Of a stretch of 64,000 nt of DNA, positions 13,939 through 27,884 are shown piece by piece (within the stretch, counting starts at the first letter, position 1; each line of letters begins with the position of its first letter). Source of the stretch: Balanoglossus misakiensis (taxonomy: Eukaryota > Animalia > Hemichordata); NCBI GenBank assembly GCA_040954595.2, contig CM082589.2, positions 2,910,075 to 2,974,074 on the forward strand. Direction: 5' to 3'. Below the pieces are notes generated by a model. The model saw only the letters and a list, made by a program, of their open reading frames with translations, ran no database searches and was not told where the DNA came from. The position numbers were made by a program, and so were the translations under genes.

Positions 13939-15681
13939 ACCCAACCGCCTGTCCAGTCGGTGTGCACGCTCTCCCAGGGTGCATCTTCTGACAGTGGCGG
14001 CGTGCATGTTTGCGAGCGTGTGCGCAAAACAAAACAAAACAAAGCAAAACAGCTGGGATGTAGAGCAAAAGTTTAACTCGCCATGTGAGAATGACAGTAT
14101 GTATTTAGACAAGAATAAAACTCAAAGGGAACAATTGTGTAGTCCAGACCAGTCTTCAGACACTAGCCTGTATTTCTAAACCTTTTGCGCTAAATGTATT
14201 ACTTTTTGACGACAAAACCAATGTGCTAATGTAATGTATATTTTTATCCCCGAAATAAAACAAGGGGATATTTTTTTTTTCTTTGAGTTTAATAATCGAC
14301 ACTGCTGGGGTTGATAACCACAATATTGAAACCAACAAATCAAGAAGCGGTCTTCTTAATTAGGAGAAAAAAATCGCGTGCGCGTTAAACAAATTATAGA
14401 GCGGATAACTATGAAAAAACAGTATAGACAAGGCGGTGGGGTTATATGTAAGGATTGCGTGCATCTTCGAATAAGGGAACGCCATGGAGATGAAACAGCC
14501 AGTGAATTTTATTTTCATTTTTTTCTGAAACGTTGGTGGGCTTGATGAACGCCTGGAGCAAGCTCACAACACGAAACTCAGAAGCCATGAATGAGTGTCG
14601 CCTTTGTGTCAGACTTACCGCCAACTTTAGTGGCAACTAGAAAAAAACGAGGCATATTTTGGGGTTAAAAGCAAAAACACACCGTTTTTTTTCCGCGCGT
14701 CGGGCATTTTTTCGGTAAAAATGGACAGTCCTGTAACGAAAAAAATATTGAAGGATGAAAAAATCGTGTTAGGTTTTTTTTCTCTCTGAGAAAAATTAAT
14801 GGTATGACAAAGGCGTGTGAACATAGAAAGCTGTGATATAAAATATCACAACATTGGAGTCAAACAAAAAAGTCACGTGACTTCAAGGTTAAAAAACAAT
14901 CACAACCGAAACCGAGTTTTTGACTGCATTTTGGTTCTTTTTATAAATGTGATATAAAATTTTATAATCTGAGTTGAAAAAGGAAATCACATTGGCCTAA
15001 AGTATTCAAATTCGAGGACAGGTCTGCCTTGAAAAAGAATCCGTGCGTTATGTCGAATCGACCACATGTTCGATGACACTGTTTCGGATTCATATTTTAA
15101 GAGCTATAATCTGGGCAAATACGGCAGTAAATTCCCGCCATAAAATACACCAAAGTGGGCTCACCCGGTTTTCCATAAGCCCAGTGTGTTTTCCTCGCGT
15201 TTTGTGGAATTTTCGTTTGTTTTTGAAAAGCGCGCAATTTCCCGAGGAAACCCTTGTCTATATATAACAACTGTTCGGGTCCAAGCGTTCCACTGCGTAC
15301 GGCTTCTGTCATTTTGAAATCAACCGTTGTCTATCTCCTTTGACTTTTTTTTCAGAACAAATTCCAATATCAATTTCCTTAAAGTGCCTCTGAATATTTC
15401 CCAGAATAATTCCATTTTCCACGGCAATTATGAGACACACAAAGTGGGCCAATTTTATTAATTTCAAAACCAACATTTCCAAAGCTCACTGAGCATATTG
15501 GTCGCTGTGTTTGAAATGCTTTACAGGCGAGGATTTCTTGAAGATCGATTCTATACAGCGCAATTAATGAATACCATAATTTAGATATTGCGTTTTTTTA
15601 TCATAGAAATTAAAGAAAGAAATCGGAGACTGAATAATGTATATTATTTTAATTTAACGAAATTCAATTTTCTCTTTGCAG

Positions 15682-15886
15682 CGGGTATCAGGCCGAAGAA
15701 CGACAACAGCAAAGACGGTTTGGTTTCTGGTCTTGCGTCGCCAACCGATGTGTTCTGCTCCGTGCCTGGTCGTCTCTCGTTGCTCAGTTCCACGTCGAAA
15801 TACAAAGTCACGGTCGCCGAGGTTCAACGCCGTCTTTCACCGCCGGAATGTCTCAACGCGTCCCTGCTTGGAGGCGTTCTAAGAAG
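15682..15886 (+). CDS. TFAP2: AP-2 family transcription factor, internal coding exon (equivalent to human TFAP2A exon 4; start of basic DNA-binding domain)
   Basis: Translates to ..[67 protein letters not shown](R), the AP-2 family signature. Acceptor tttctctttgcAG ends at 15681 (phase 1). Donor AG|GTCAGT starts at 15887 (phase 2). Confidence 0.97.
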
Positions 15887-18800
15887 GTCAGTGGAAGGGG
15901 CTACAAACGGCCTCCCTTTTTCTTGTTGCTGTTCCCCCGAATTCTATAGGGTGGGAGGTGTGGATGGCGAGTGAATAAAAAATGTGTTCCGTTGTTACCG
16001 CCGGTCGATACGTTACATTCGTCATCAGCTCGGAGACATCACAAAGACCACAAAATCCCTCGGTTTTGTTTCAATATCGATTGCATAAACGCTTTCCCAG
16101 CCTTTTGCACACAAAGTCTGTCCTGTCTTACTCTGAAGCTACCAAGTGAACTAAAAGGGCAAACACGTCTCCAAATATCGAACATTTACTATTTTGCTCT
16201 GATAAGGTGTATATAGAAAACATCCAAGTTCTAACCGTGAGCATATATGTGCAATAACTTTGTAGAGGCTATCAACAATCAAACTCAAATCTTATGACAT
16301 CTAACTTGTCATGAAATCGCTCGTGTTTAGGTCGCGTCGTAGATTTCTGAACACAAAGTCTAATCGCGACTTCTTCGCCAAATAAGTCGTTCATACCAAA
16401 GACCAGAGACACTGTATATGAACTCATACACCCCCTCTCCATAATATATTTTTCAAAGTCAGATCAGAGGCTTTAATGACAATGTATATTTTCACATTTC
16501 AACACAAATTCGTTTTTTTTTAAGAAACGAAATTGAGAGGCTTGTAAAGTCTAGTTAGCTCTTGTCAGCAAAACCGACAATATCCGCATAATCTTGAATG
16601 ACAAAAATGTATATAGGCTGTCAGTTTTGGCGGGTTTTGGCAGACGTCAAAAATGTTCTGTTCTCCGGCACATGTGTATGTCCAAGTCAGACATCATTGT
16701 TTCCAAATCTATCACATTCCAGGCCATTCATCCATCTTGGTTTCAAATGTCACACTTTTCTATGCATCGCTGTTTAATATACTTTCTCAATCCCTTTATA
16801 TGATGTTGTTGTGTACGGAGACAAGGTCCGCTTTTGTGCCCCTCTCGCCAGTTTATTGTTTTTGAGTTGCCCCACTCGGCTGTCATTATTCTTCCCCCCG
16901 TGCCATTATCGTCTGCTCTCTACACACGCCCCATGTCTGTCGACTTGTACCTCGGTCACGTGGCTTTTTGGTGGTGTTCTTTCACTTTGTGTCGTTCAGT
17001 GTGTGACTCTGTCTGTCTTGGTGTGTAGTCTGTGCAGCGTTGTAATTAGAAAGAAAGGATTGGGAGAAAAATGCCGTATGTTTGAGCCCACCGACGGAAG
17101 TACCATATTTGTGTGGCTCTAATCCCAAATCACGACCGCAATGTTTTCTACCACGATTAAGCTCTTTGCCAACTGTTCACGCAATGATTGCTTAATCTCA
17201 AGATTATATTATTTCAAATTTATATTATTTCTCAAAGTTGGTATTTATTTTGGAACCGCGAAAGACTTTTAGGGGGAAAATAAAAGCGCTATTTGTGAGG
17301 GACCATGTCTAGTGAAGTAAACACAAGCTTGCCAGAGTGCTGATGCGTTCTGATTGCAGTTGAGGCCGGCGGCGATTTTCTTACGCGCGTCCAACCAAGG
17401 CAACATCAAACCTTCCCTGTGCGGGGTCAAAGGCAGCAAAGGTTATAGCCTTTGACCTCTGTGTACCCTGCTCCCGTTCTGTGGTAAACTCGAAGTCAAA
17501 TCTCTACACCACGGACAGAGGACTTAAAACCCGGGCATTTTTTTCGTCCGCCAATGATTTTTGTATGTATTTATGTATGTCCATCGCCTCTGTAATGGCT
17601 CGTGTGCAGATTTCTCAATCTCCCAATATTGACAATGTGAAATGTGATTTGTTATGATATAATGTCGTTTCACATAGTGTGTGATTCACGGTGACCATAA
17701 ATAAGAAATGTCATGTGTTCGTGTGTGTGTGTCCAAAGTTTGACATGCATCTAGCAACAGGTTTGGCGAAGTGACGCCAACAATTTGTCGCTTTCAGACC
17801 ACCAGTCCCCTTAGTTTTTTTCCTTCTCTCAGTCTCACTGGCAGTCTTGAAGCTCAGAATTCTCCTAATTAATTCAATTTCCCCTATCAAGTTAACTGAA
17901 GAATGCCCAATGTCTGAAAAGATGCCCTCGTCGTGTTTCAAGTGGGCAGGCGGCGTTTCGCCTTTTCCGGCCACTTATTCCGATCCCAAGGACAGGACTT
18001 TTAGATCTCTCTTGAACCATACAAGTTACATCAGCCAGGCATTTTTCAACGTGTATTTCATAATTGCAAAGTTTCCCATTTTTCTAGTGCGGTGTGTCTT
18101 CAACCGTTGTGCAGAGATATCCTCCATTGCCAACGGGATTTTTTTTAAGGCCAGTTTTTTCTTCCAGTACATAGAAATGTACATTTCTATGGGAGTCCAT
18201 TTGTCGACAAGAGATTAGGCTGACCACGCATTGTTGTGCCGCTTTTTTCACTCTATTTTTTAAACTATAGCGTAAGTAACTCTTGCAGTTCGCTTTATTG
18301 AATTTCCGTGGGACCTCACAAAACGGCATGCTCAATTTGACTGCAGTGCCCGTCCCGTGGCTGATAATACCCGCTAACACAAAAGCGGGCCTGAGCGTTA
18401 CCACGCCGGCTCATTCACATCGGAACCTCAGTGAAGCAACGCAGATCTCGTACGCTCCTACTTCATTTATTCCACGCCACTAGCTCTACTGAGCGCCGAA
18501 GAAAGGACCCTAAAATTTCACTTCAACGTGGATAACATCTGCATAGTCTTCCATAGAAATACGCAGAGCAACGGAACAATCCACGAGTCCACGGACCGCT
18601 GCACGCCAATAAAGAAAACAGTGGCAAAGTTAGCATATCTCGACCAAAGTCTTTGTGAGTTTGATTTTAACCGACTGAATGACTAACTCGGCGTTAGTAA
18701 TTATAAAATAGATCGTGTGTAATTGATGCCTTTGTTTCCAAATTATAAAAATCCTTTTTTTATATAAAACGTTTTCGGGAGGACAACAAACTCGCGGTAT

Positions 18801-21800
18801 GTGCATTTCATAGTTGAAATCGACATGCATCACCTTGATGTCGGCGTGCCGCGCATGTTTTTCTTAATTCTAAAAATCATCTTAGACGTTTTGGGCCGAG
18901 TGTGTTTACATTGCTATGTTCCTTGCCCGTGTGTCACTTATTAGTCCGTAGCTCAGACCAGAGGCATCTACCGCGATGCTCACTTTCATCTTTTTATCAA
19001 AAAACTGTCGCGTTGCTAGGAGAGATCTTTTATCTGCTAACGACACCGTGTGAAATGTACAACTGCAAAATGACAATCAGATACTGGTTTGCGTGGTGGA
19101 CGATTCAAAACAGGGGGTACAAGGACGATGATAAGTGTCGCGTGGCTGCACCACTCGCTCTCTTGACTCTCCGCTCATCAAAAACGAGGACTTTCCGATC
19201 CTTTTTTCTTCTTTTTCACCACTACACATTCCAAAGCCCGCGTTCATTCATTCCGCACGAGAAATGACGCAACTACGTGATGTCATCAATGAAACAATCC
19301 CGACACGTTTTTGTCTTTTAATCGGAAATATGTGCGCGAAATATGAAGTCATTTTAACCGTGAAAGCGAGGCCTTGCCTGAGTGTACCTGTCAACGCCTG
19401 TCTAGTGACATGATTGTGGTCCAACCTCTGTTATAAGGATAGATTTAAATACAATATTGCCCCAATAAACTGCTGCCAAAGATCAGCGTATACTTTGAAT
19501 GTTAAATCGAACAATAATCCAGGCGTTTACCGACAGAATTAATTTGGATTTTCTGAGTTCTCGTCTCTGACTAAGCTCTCTTAGTGTGTTTCGTTTGATG
19601 TCCTTTCCACTCTGGGGAAATCAATCATATAAACAAACTCAAATGCGTCGAGGATGTAGGGGGTCTTATGATGGAGAATGCGTCTTTGTCTTGTTGTTGA
19701 GGTTCTTGGTTTTGCTGTTGTCTGTGTTCGTTTTTTTGGGTGAAAGTACGGCGTTGGCGGACAGTCCACGATTCGGTTCTGTTCAACACCTCATCACATC
19801 GTAACTCTTTGCCCCTCTGTGTTACTATCTCGGCTTCCTAGAATTCGGTTGTTCAATTTTCGGTGAATCATGAGCGTCCATCAGCATCAATAAACCCAAT
19901 TCAACATACGCACAGCCATATGTCACGACCATTGCAAATCTGCCATAAACGCATGGAACCTAGCTCAAAAATCCAGGCTTTCCCCCCTTCCAATATTGCC
20001 TAAGACTATGAGGAGTCGGGTTGTTTGACACGCGAAAAAAAATCATGTTTCACATACTGAGATTGTGCATGGTCGTATTATTACAAAAATAAGTAGCTGG
20101 ATTTTTGTTTACTGGTTTGCGTTTTGAAACTTGACAATGCAGGAGAGCAAATTGAACTACCGTGTTACGCAGAGGAGAAAGTCAATAATTGCCTAAACGC
20201 TTTGGCCTCTTCAAGTAGAATTGTTGTCGACAGTGACGATCATAATTTGCTCCTTGGGTACTCGGGATTGGCAAGTACTCATAGTTTGGCGCAGAAACTG
20301 TTTTCTCATTAAGAATTGAACATCTTCATCCTTCCCCCACTTTGTCTTGTGTTTAGCGTATCTGTGACATCTTTGCGCCTACCGTGTTGATCATTTCTTA
20401 GACAAACTGATATCGACATATATCAATCGATAAGGTTGTAATCAACGGACTAGACATGTTTTTTTCCCTTGTGAACATTCTATGAAGAGATCACGTATAC
20501 TTGTGTTCCGATTCTGATCACATCGTCGTGTCTTTGTTTATTGAAAGCAAAAATAAACCACAAGACAACATAGGAGGTGCATGTACACAAAACTAGGACA
20601 ACTGTTAACAGTGTGTTTTTGTAAATAACAGACAGTAATTGTGACAGCAGTGATACCATTCTGCCCGCTGGGGTACAAATTCCCGGAACACGTTTGTTCA
20701 CATGTTTCGTGTTTATTTGTGACTTTACAAATTATTCCGTGAAATTAATACTAGTCCCTTTTTGGGGGAGGAGGTGGTCGCCCACTAGACTGATGCGAGG
20801 TTAATAATGGGAGTTGGACCTTCACTTCATTCCAAAATCCACAGAAAGCGAGAGGCTGTCAGGTGCGATACCGATTGCTATTCCGCGCGCCTGGTTGCTC
20901 TATTGTTACAAGCGATCAAAGTGCGCGCTATATGGGCTAAAATAAATACGATTTGCATCACAGTTAAGCGAAACATTTTATTTGTTTTAATGTGTCAACA
21001 AACATTGGGCAGGGGAAATTAAAAACAAGCCACGTGCGTTTTTTACCAAAGGTGCTGCGTCTGGGAATGGCGGTGGTCGAGGGCGGCCATGATGCCTTGG
21101 TTCATGCATATCTTTAGTAGCTTGATAACGTAATGGAAGCCACCTAATTTAAAGATGAAGATTCCCAATTCAAACGATTCACTTTGGCACACCCGGGGAA
21201 GTTTGAGTTAGGATTTTTGAACTCAGGACTGCGGGAATCCGTCAAAGTTACTGGCGTGTCCCAGAACCAGACAATTGAGGAGTTGTTGATTTCGTCGGCC
21301 AAGACAACCGGGGCTTCGGTTTGATGGATTAATGTTATAGTTGTGGGTCTTTCAGCGGCTACAATAGACCAACGGTTTGTTTAGCTTCTCCATTTTACCC
21401 CTATACAAAACGAGAATTCAAAAATTTCCCTGCACCTGTCAGGCGTTGACAATATTACGAGGCTGGTTCTCTCGGACCGAATCGCTGTCGGTTGCAGGCA
21501 TTGAGAGAAAAAAACTGCGCGGGTACAACAACTCCAGTGATGCCTATCTGTTCTCTGTTTCTCTCTGCTCCCCCCCCCCCTTTGCTTTTGTCCAAGCACC
21601 CCCACCAGTGCCACCCTCTGGATACCGAATCTTATCGACCCCCCCCCCCTCCTCCTCCTCTTCCTCCTCCAAAAATCCCATGACTGATTGAACTAACCAG
21701 ACACTTTCTGACAATTATGGTGTTTTTAGGAAACCGCGGCTTATAGTCTTTGGTTCCTTGTTTTAGGCGTAGGTGTCGAGGCAAAAGTTTGTGCCTCTCA

Positions 21801-24800
21801 CATTACACGACCCTTCCACAAATAAAGTCACAAATGTTTATGGCTTTGTCGAAGTGACACCAAAAGAGTTATTATTATATACTGTGGCTTGTCACCACGT
21901 CCCCCTTTCCAGACAGTCGTTGTTGTTTTTTTCTCCGACCCTATTCTTCCAAATTGGCCAATAAACGTGGCAGTCCAAATTGTGCCATTGCAGGCGAAGT
22001 GGAACAGCTAGCCTTGGCGTGTCTGCAATCATTGTTGGCAGCACCTTCAGCTCTGTGGTGAACTCTCAAAGATGCAATGTGTGGAGGTGGTGGACGTGGG
22101 GGAAATCACGGGACGGGGGGAATTGTGCGTGTTCGCCGCTGCATGACGGAAGCCAGGCTGGCGTGAACCCATATTTTTTTGTATTATCCTACACTAGACG
22201 GTCTAGTGGGTAAGACGGTCGATCTTGTGACGGACGCGCTTCCCCCAGTTTTGGTTTTGACCACTTCTTTAAGCCGGTGCCCCCAGTAACTGCTTATACA
22301 AATCAAATACCCGCCAGTACATTAACGGGACAGATTAATTGAGAAATTGCATAGAATTGAACAAGGTAATCTTTCAACAAAGCCCACGTAAAACCTTATC
22401 AAGCATTTGCGTTTCTGGTTGCTCTTTCTGGTGATCAAGTTAGCAACGGGATAAAGTAAGAAAATCTCCGCCTTCATCAGACCATCTCGCAATATCGCTG
22501 CGCAACTCAAATGGTAACCTCAACAACAGCACCACCCTAGGGAAATCACCATGTTAGGCAGTCATATACGTTTTTGCAGGAAGCGAATATGGCGGCGGTG
22601 CTCTCCTCCTCGAGAAGGCTGTGGTGCAAAAAATGTTCACTCGAGTCGGCCATCTTTTTTGTGTGTGTGTGTGCAACAAACTGGGGTTGGGCAATAACCG
22701 TTTCTGAGTGGGGGAGACGTCAATAGAAACACACTTCTCTCAGCCCCTCGTGCATTCATTTTGTTCAATCAAAAAAGTAGCCATTTAGTCGGCCTTTTCT
22801 GTGCCGTAAGCTGGTTGTATGTTTCTCCCGATACTTTTCCGTGCGAGTGGACCGGCAAGAAACGCCGAAGCGACGTAGCATTGTTCGGAGTATTTGATTG
22901 TGGTCTATCCTATTGGGCGTGTGCAGTCAGCGTGATAAACTATCTGTGAGAGGCTTAATACCCTTCCAGGAGTGAAGAATACCAACAAACGGACTGTGTG
23001 CACACTTTGAAAGCAAAGGTTAGAAAGAGAAACACGGGTTCCATAGTATGTATTCGAGTTTAACAATTCTATTGCGACTCCTGTGTCAGCTGGGTCAGTC
23101 ACCGGCTTTGGCGTTTTTCCCTTTGCCTCGCGCCGCGTGTCCTTTCTACCCATTGACGTTTCCCCGTGCTTTTAGTCCAGTCGGAGGTCGATACGACAAG
23201 ATCGAGAGTGTCTTCACTCTCCCCATTGTTGTAGTCGAGACTTTTAATTCGGCAGCCGACAAAAAAAATTATCGAATTCCTCACTTCCAAATGTGTATTG
23301 AAATATTCGCCAGTCATATTTTATTGCGTGTAAAGTGCAGCCACTGCAGGGTAGGTTGACACGGCCGATTGAAAGGGATGAAAAAAATCCCTGTAGGCTT
23401 GGGGTTGTTTTATTTCAAAATGTCTACCCTCGCCTTCATTCAGGGCGCGCGTCATGTTTATCTTAGACTACGCGGATAGGCACCCTCACGTGCGACATCA
23501 GCCGAACACCTGTCACACCGGTATAAATCAAACCGAGTGTCCCTTTGTCGCTGGACAGTACAAATGCCAGGTGAAAATATAGTGTGCCATCCCCTCGACC
23601 CCAGTCTCGGGTTACCTGGGCGTCTTCCGTCGCTGGCGGGCTTAAGTCTTTTGTGTTCGCCTCCCATGAGTTCGCCAGCCAAACTTTTGAATAGTTTGTG
23701 GGGATAGTTTATCATGCCAATCCTCAACAGAATGCCGCGTGGTAATAATTAAAAACCCGAACCGATGTCTCAATTAGGTTGATAAACAGTTCTTCTTTTA
23801 TTCGGAGTGAATCAGAAACGTCGTTCACCGCTCGACCTGTCGTCACCTGGCGGTACGGGTTCACTCCGTCGGAGTGCGGGAGCCATGAGACTAAATCAAA
23901 CATCTTCGTTGTTGTTGTGACCGTTCTTTTCAGAAACACGTGGTTGAGAATCGGTCAGGTGGAACCGGAGAAACTCCTGGCTTTTTTGTTCGAAGGTGAT
24001 ATAACTGCAATGGCGAATAGACGGGTCGAAATCGTCTTGGCAGTTTTTTTATTGTGGAATGTGCCCGGTGTCCTCGCGGTTGTATAAAACATCTCATAAA
24101 CAACAACAAAACAAAATGCAAATGCGGTCACCTTCTCAATAGCTTTATTAAGTGCCCATACATTTTGGCATCTCAATTAAAAATGTGTAAAAGAAATCCC
24201 AGAGTATATGTACTAAGAACCCTCTGTTTTTGTCATTTTGGATCGAACAATTTCAACTTTCTGCTCGGGTTTACACATTAATTATCCCAAAATAGTCCCA
24301 GTTGTGCTTTACGAGCCATGTCGTAAAAGGGTAGTTCTTCAGACGTTGTGATGGTGTCTTATGCAGTACCGTTTTCCGGCATTTGGAGCGAGAGGTGCTC
24401 TGGTTGGCCAAGGCAATGATCGGTTGGTTTTCTTTTGTTTTTGTTCCAATGGGAAAGTTAACCAAAGTTATCAGATATATGCGCAAAGAGAAAGCCCAGG
24501 CGATAACGATTCTAATTCTCTCTGATAGGTCTAGACCCCTTTACCATCCCTGTTTTTACTGCATACGGGTATCATTAAATTAACACCACGTCTCTAGCCG
24601 AGCGAAACGCCGGACAAATGTTCACGACTTGATCGTATAGCGCACGAAAAAAAGGGGGACCAAATTGCCTTGCGTTAAAACACATTCTATTGTTTCATTA
24701 CAGTTTCCACGTGTGTCACTGTTAAGTAGAGCGATATTTTTTGAATGATCAATCCCAGTGCCCAGGGGTCCCCCACATTGAAAACTACCAGGAGCCAATG

Positions 24801-27710
24801 CTCTATCTGTTTTATCAAATCCAACATTTGATCAGAAGATAGACACAAGATTAATGGCACCGTTTGAACCCTTGAGTCTGTTACATTTCACTCATCCGTT
24901 TATTGGTTTTTGTCAGAAATCAGGTTGTCCGTCATTAATAAACGCCAAGAAAACAGAATGATACTCTTACTGAGATCGACAACACTTTCCACACAAAGCC
25001 GTTAGGAGTCACAATGCTTTGGCCCCGGGAACCAACTTGGAAGCGTTGAGGAGACCAGTTTTTTCCTTGTCCTTTTTTTCTCATCGCCTGGGAATAGAGA
25101 GAGCATCGCGGACGTGCTCCGGTAGCGGCATAACTTTCAGAGGTTAAGCGCTCGCCGAACAAGATAATAAAGTTGAATTAACAGCATTTGTGAAATGTAC
25201 AATTTGTGTGAACTCAACAGAAAGAATACGGTTTACGACGACCAAACTCCTGATCGTTGCGTTTCCCGGGAGTTTCGCGCGTTAGCATATGATTACTCAA
25301 CTTATTCCGTATTGTTAGTTTAATTTGCATTCATAAAATCCCTATAAAATCGCCTCGCTATGCCATCAAACTGGGCCTAGCCACCGGGGATGTAACGGTC
25401 CGGGTGATTTCTCGGCTCTGGGTTTCCGGGGCCCCGATACTGCGATACTGGTTTGGTGTTTGCATGCTTGCGAGGCGGTTTCCGAGCAACACGTCATCCA
25501 AGCATCAATCACTTTCCTCCCTGGCATCAGCATCGTCAGTCATCGGCCGGGCAGACCGTATGCTGCGTGCCCGTATTAAAGCTTCCCGCAGACGATCGCA
25601 CAATAGCGAGGATGCGAAATAAACCGGTCGGTTCCATGGTATTTTTTTTATTACATGGAAATTGCGATGGTTAATTCGGTTGTCATCGGATTTACCCTTG
25701 AAACTTTGACTGGCAATGTAATGAGACGCAGATTCCCGAATATATCAGTTCTGACTGTTTAACCGACTGAGCACAGCCCCCCCCCCCCCTTTCCAACACT
25801 TTCAATGGCGTCCACAGGGCCAATCGCAGTGGAGGTTCGCACCTCGCCGTGTGATCTTTTCGCCCTACAGCTCAAACACACCGCCATTTGCCTATTAACC
25901 AATAAAACCCCATATACCTACACTTTCGTTCTCTGGAAAGAAAATGGCGCAGTTTTTGTGTCGTTTTTATTGTTACTAAATAGATCCAGTCTGATTGCTT
26001 TTTTTCTCTCTCTTCCGTAGAATCATAAGCTTGTTAATATGCCTAGTTGTAAGGTAGCGACCTGGACCGCGCTACCCCTAACCGCCCGCGGGCAAGAAAA
26101 TTCGTAATGGCCCGTCTGAAGTTACCGTAACTTGAATATATGTACCTCGTAAATGAAATCGCGGTGCAGCTACGGACGAAAATGCCTCACTCTGACAGGA
26201 TTTGAGAATTATGTGTTAATTTCGCCTGAAGAATTAGGTACCCAAACGTGACGACTCGTCATAATCAAAGCCACGGTTCCATATTTTAAGGTGTATTTAC
26301 GAAAATCACTTTAACACGGAGGGCTTTCAGATTTACACTGATACCAGGTCCCCTTTTAATTGACTTGATCAATCACTCGGCGGGTTGGTGAGTCGACTCC
26401 TGACGTCTGACAAAATTAGGCCGGTATCAAATTGCTATTTGGCTTTGCAATTTCCAAAATCGTTTAAGAAAGTACTGGGTAATTAGTCAGCGTTGCTGCG
26501 TTGGACACACAGCATGATTAGCAGCCTGTCAAAATATCGCCCATTTCTTGCCAAGATGATTGGCGCGATATATCATCCTGATATATCTATCAGAATCTGA
26601 AACGTTACCATGACTTCGGGCGATTGATCAATCTCGGCCCATGTCTGATTTCTCTTTAACGCCCCAAAAATCCATTTCCATAATTTTGTGACGTCACGCA
26701 ACTTTGATTAAGATTTATTGTCACCGTCGCGGTACAGGCGAAAAGGGGCTGCCGTGATTGGTCAAAGTTTTGAGCGACGGAGAACCCGGATGTTGATTGA
26801 CAATAGCGAGCGCCCGGATGTTGACATACTCGCTCTCCCGAACCGTGTGCTCTGGAAGACTTGCAGGGCGAATGTGAGACTGCGCAGTAGAGAGCGCGAG
26901 GTGATAAATGGGTGTAATTATGTCGGTCATTTCTTTGCACGTTTGCAACACTTCAAATTTACACCATAGGGGATTTAGAATAGCACAAACAACACAGAAA
27001 GCCTGTTGGTCCGGAGAGCAACCAAACAGCATCAAGGAAAGATGGTTATTAGTATCATGTAGGCGCGTACATGTAAAAACTCGTTCTTACGCCTATTTTG
27101 TGCGAAGAAGTTTGAATTTCGAGAGCTGCATTATGGTCCGGAAAGTGATTGAAATGAAAGCGTTGACAAGAGCAGGAGCAAATGGCCTTAATCTGTGTCT
27201 GTATTTGACTGGGACAATGAACGATTCACTTCATCAACACTCGACAGGGAAAAGGGACAGAGAGCGAGAAGAAGGTTTTGTGTCACTTCTTTTAAGGCAG
27301 CAAAATACAGATCCATTTTAATGATATACGATTGCTTGAGTCTAGTGACAGTGTCCCCGCTGCGCGCTACGTTCCCTCCGACTCGACAGTAGAATACGAG
27401 AAAGCGCGATCCATTATCGAAAAGAGAAAAAAAAATATTCACGACCGTCTCTAGTTACAAAAAAAAGAGACGGAGAAAGAAAGTCGGTGACAATCAGACA
27501 GGGATATTTTCAAGCAAAGGAGTTATATGTGCCATTTGTCTTTGTGAGTGAAATTGTTCCGAGGCGCCAAGATCATCATGTACATATAAACTTTTACGAG
27601 GGAATTGTTTTAATGGTTCTAACAAATTCGCGTCAAGAAGGGTGAAGTGTTAGGCTCTAACAAAAACGACCCTTTGTCGACAAGGTATAAAACATACGTA
27701 CATCATACAG

Positions 27711-27884
27711 TTCCATTCATCGATCCATCCATCCATCCATCCATCCATCCACACACACAGATACATAGATACATGCATACATGCATACATGCATACATGC
27801 ATACATACATATATACATACATACATACATACATACATACATACATACATACATACATACATACATACATACATACATACATAC
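27711..27884. repeat. Compound microsatellite (CATC)n-(CA)n-(TACATGCA)n-(TACA)n
   Basis: Read directly. It produces the spurious HTYI/MYVC low-complexity ORFs. Confidence 0.97.

Noticed and set aside
21492-21691. Proline-rich ORFs as the AP-2 PY/proline-rich activation exon
   Set aside because: The prolines come from poly-C runs, there is no PPYFPPP motif, and the position is downstream of the DNA-binding exon, which is the wrong order.
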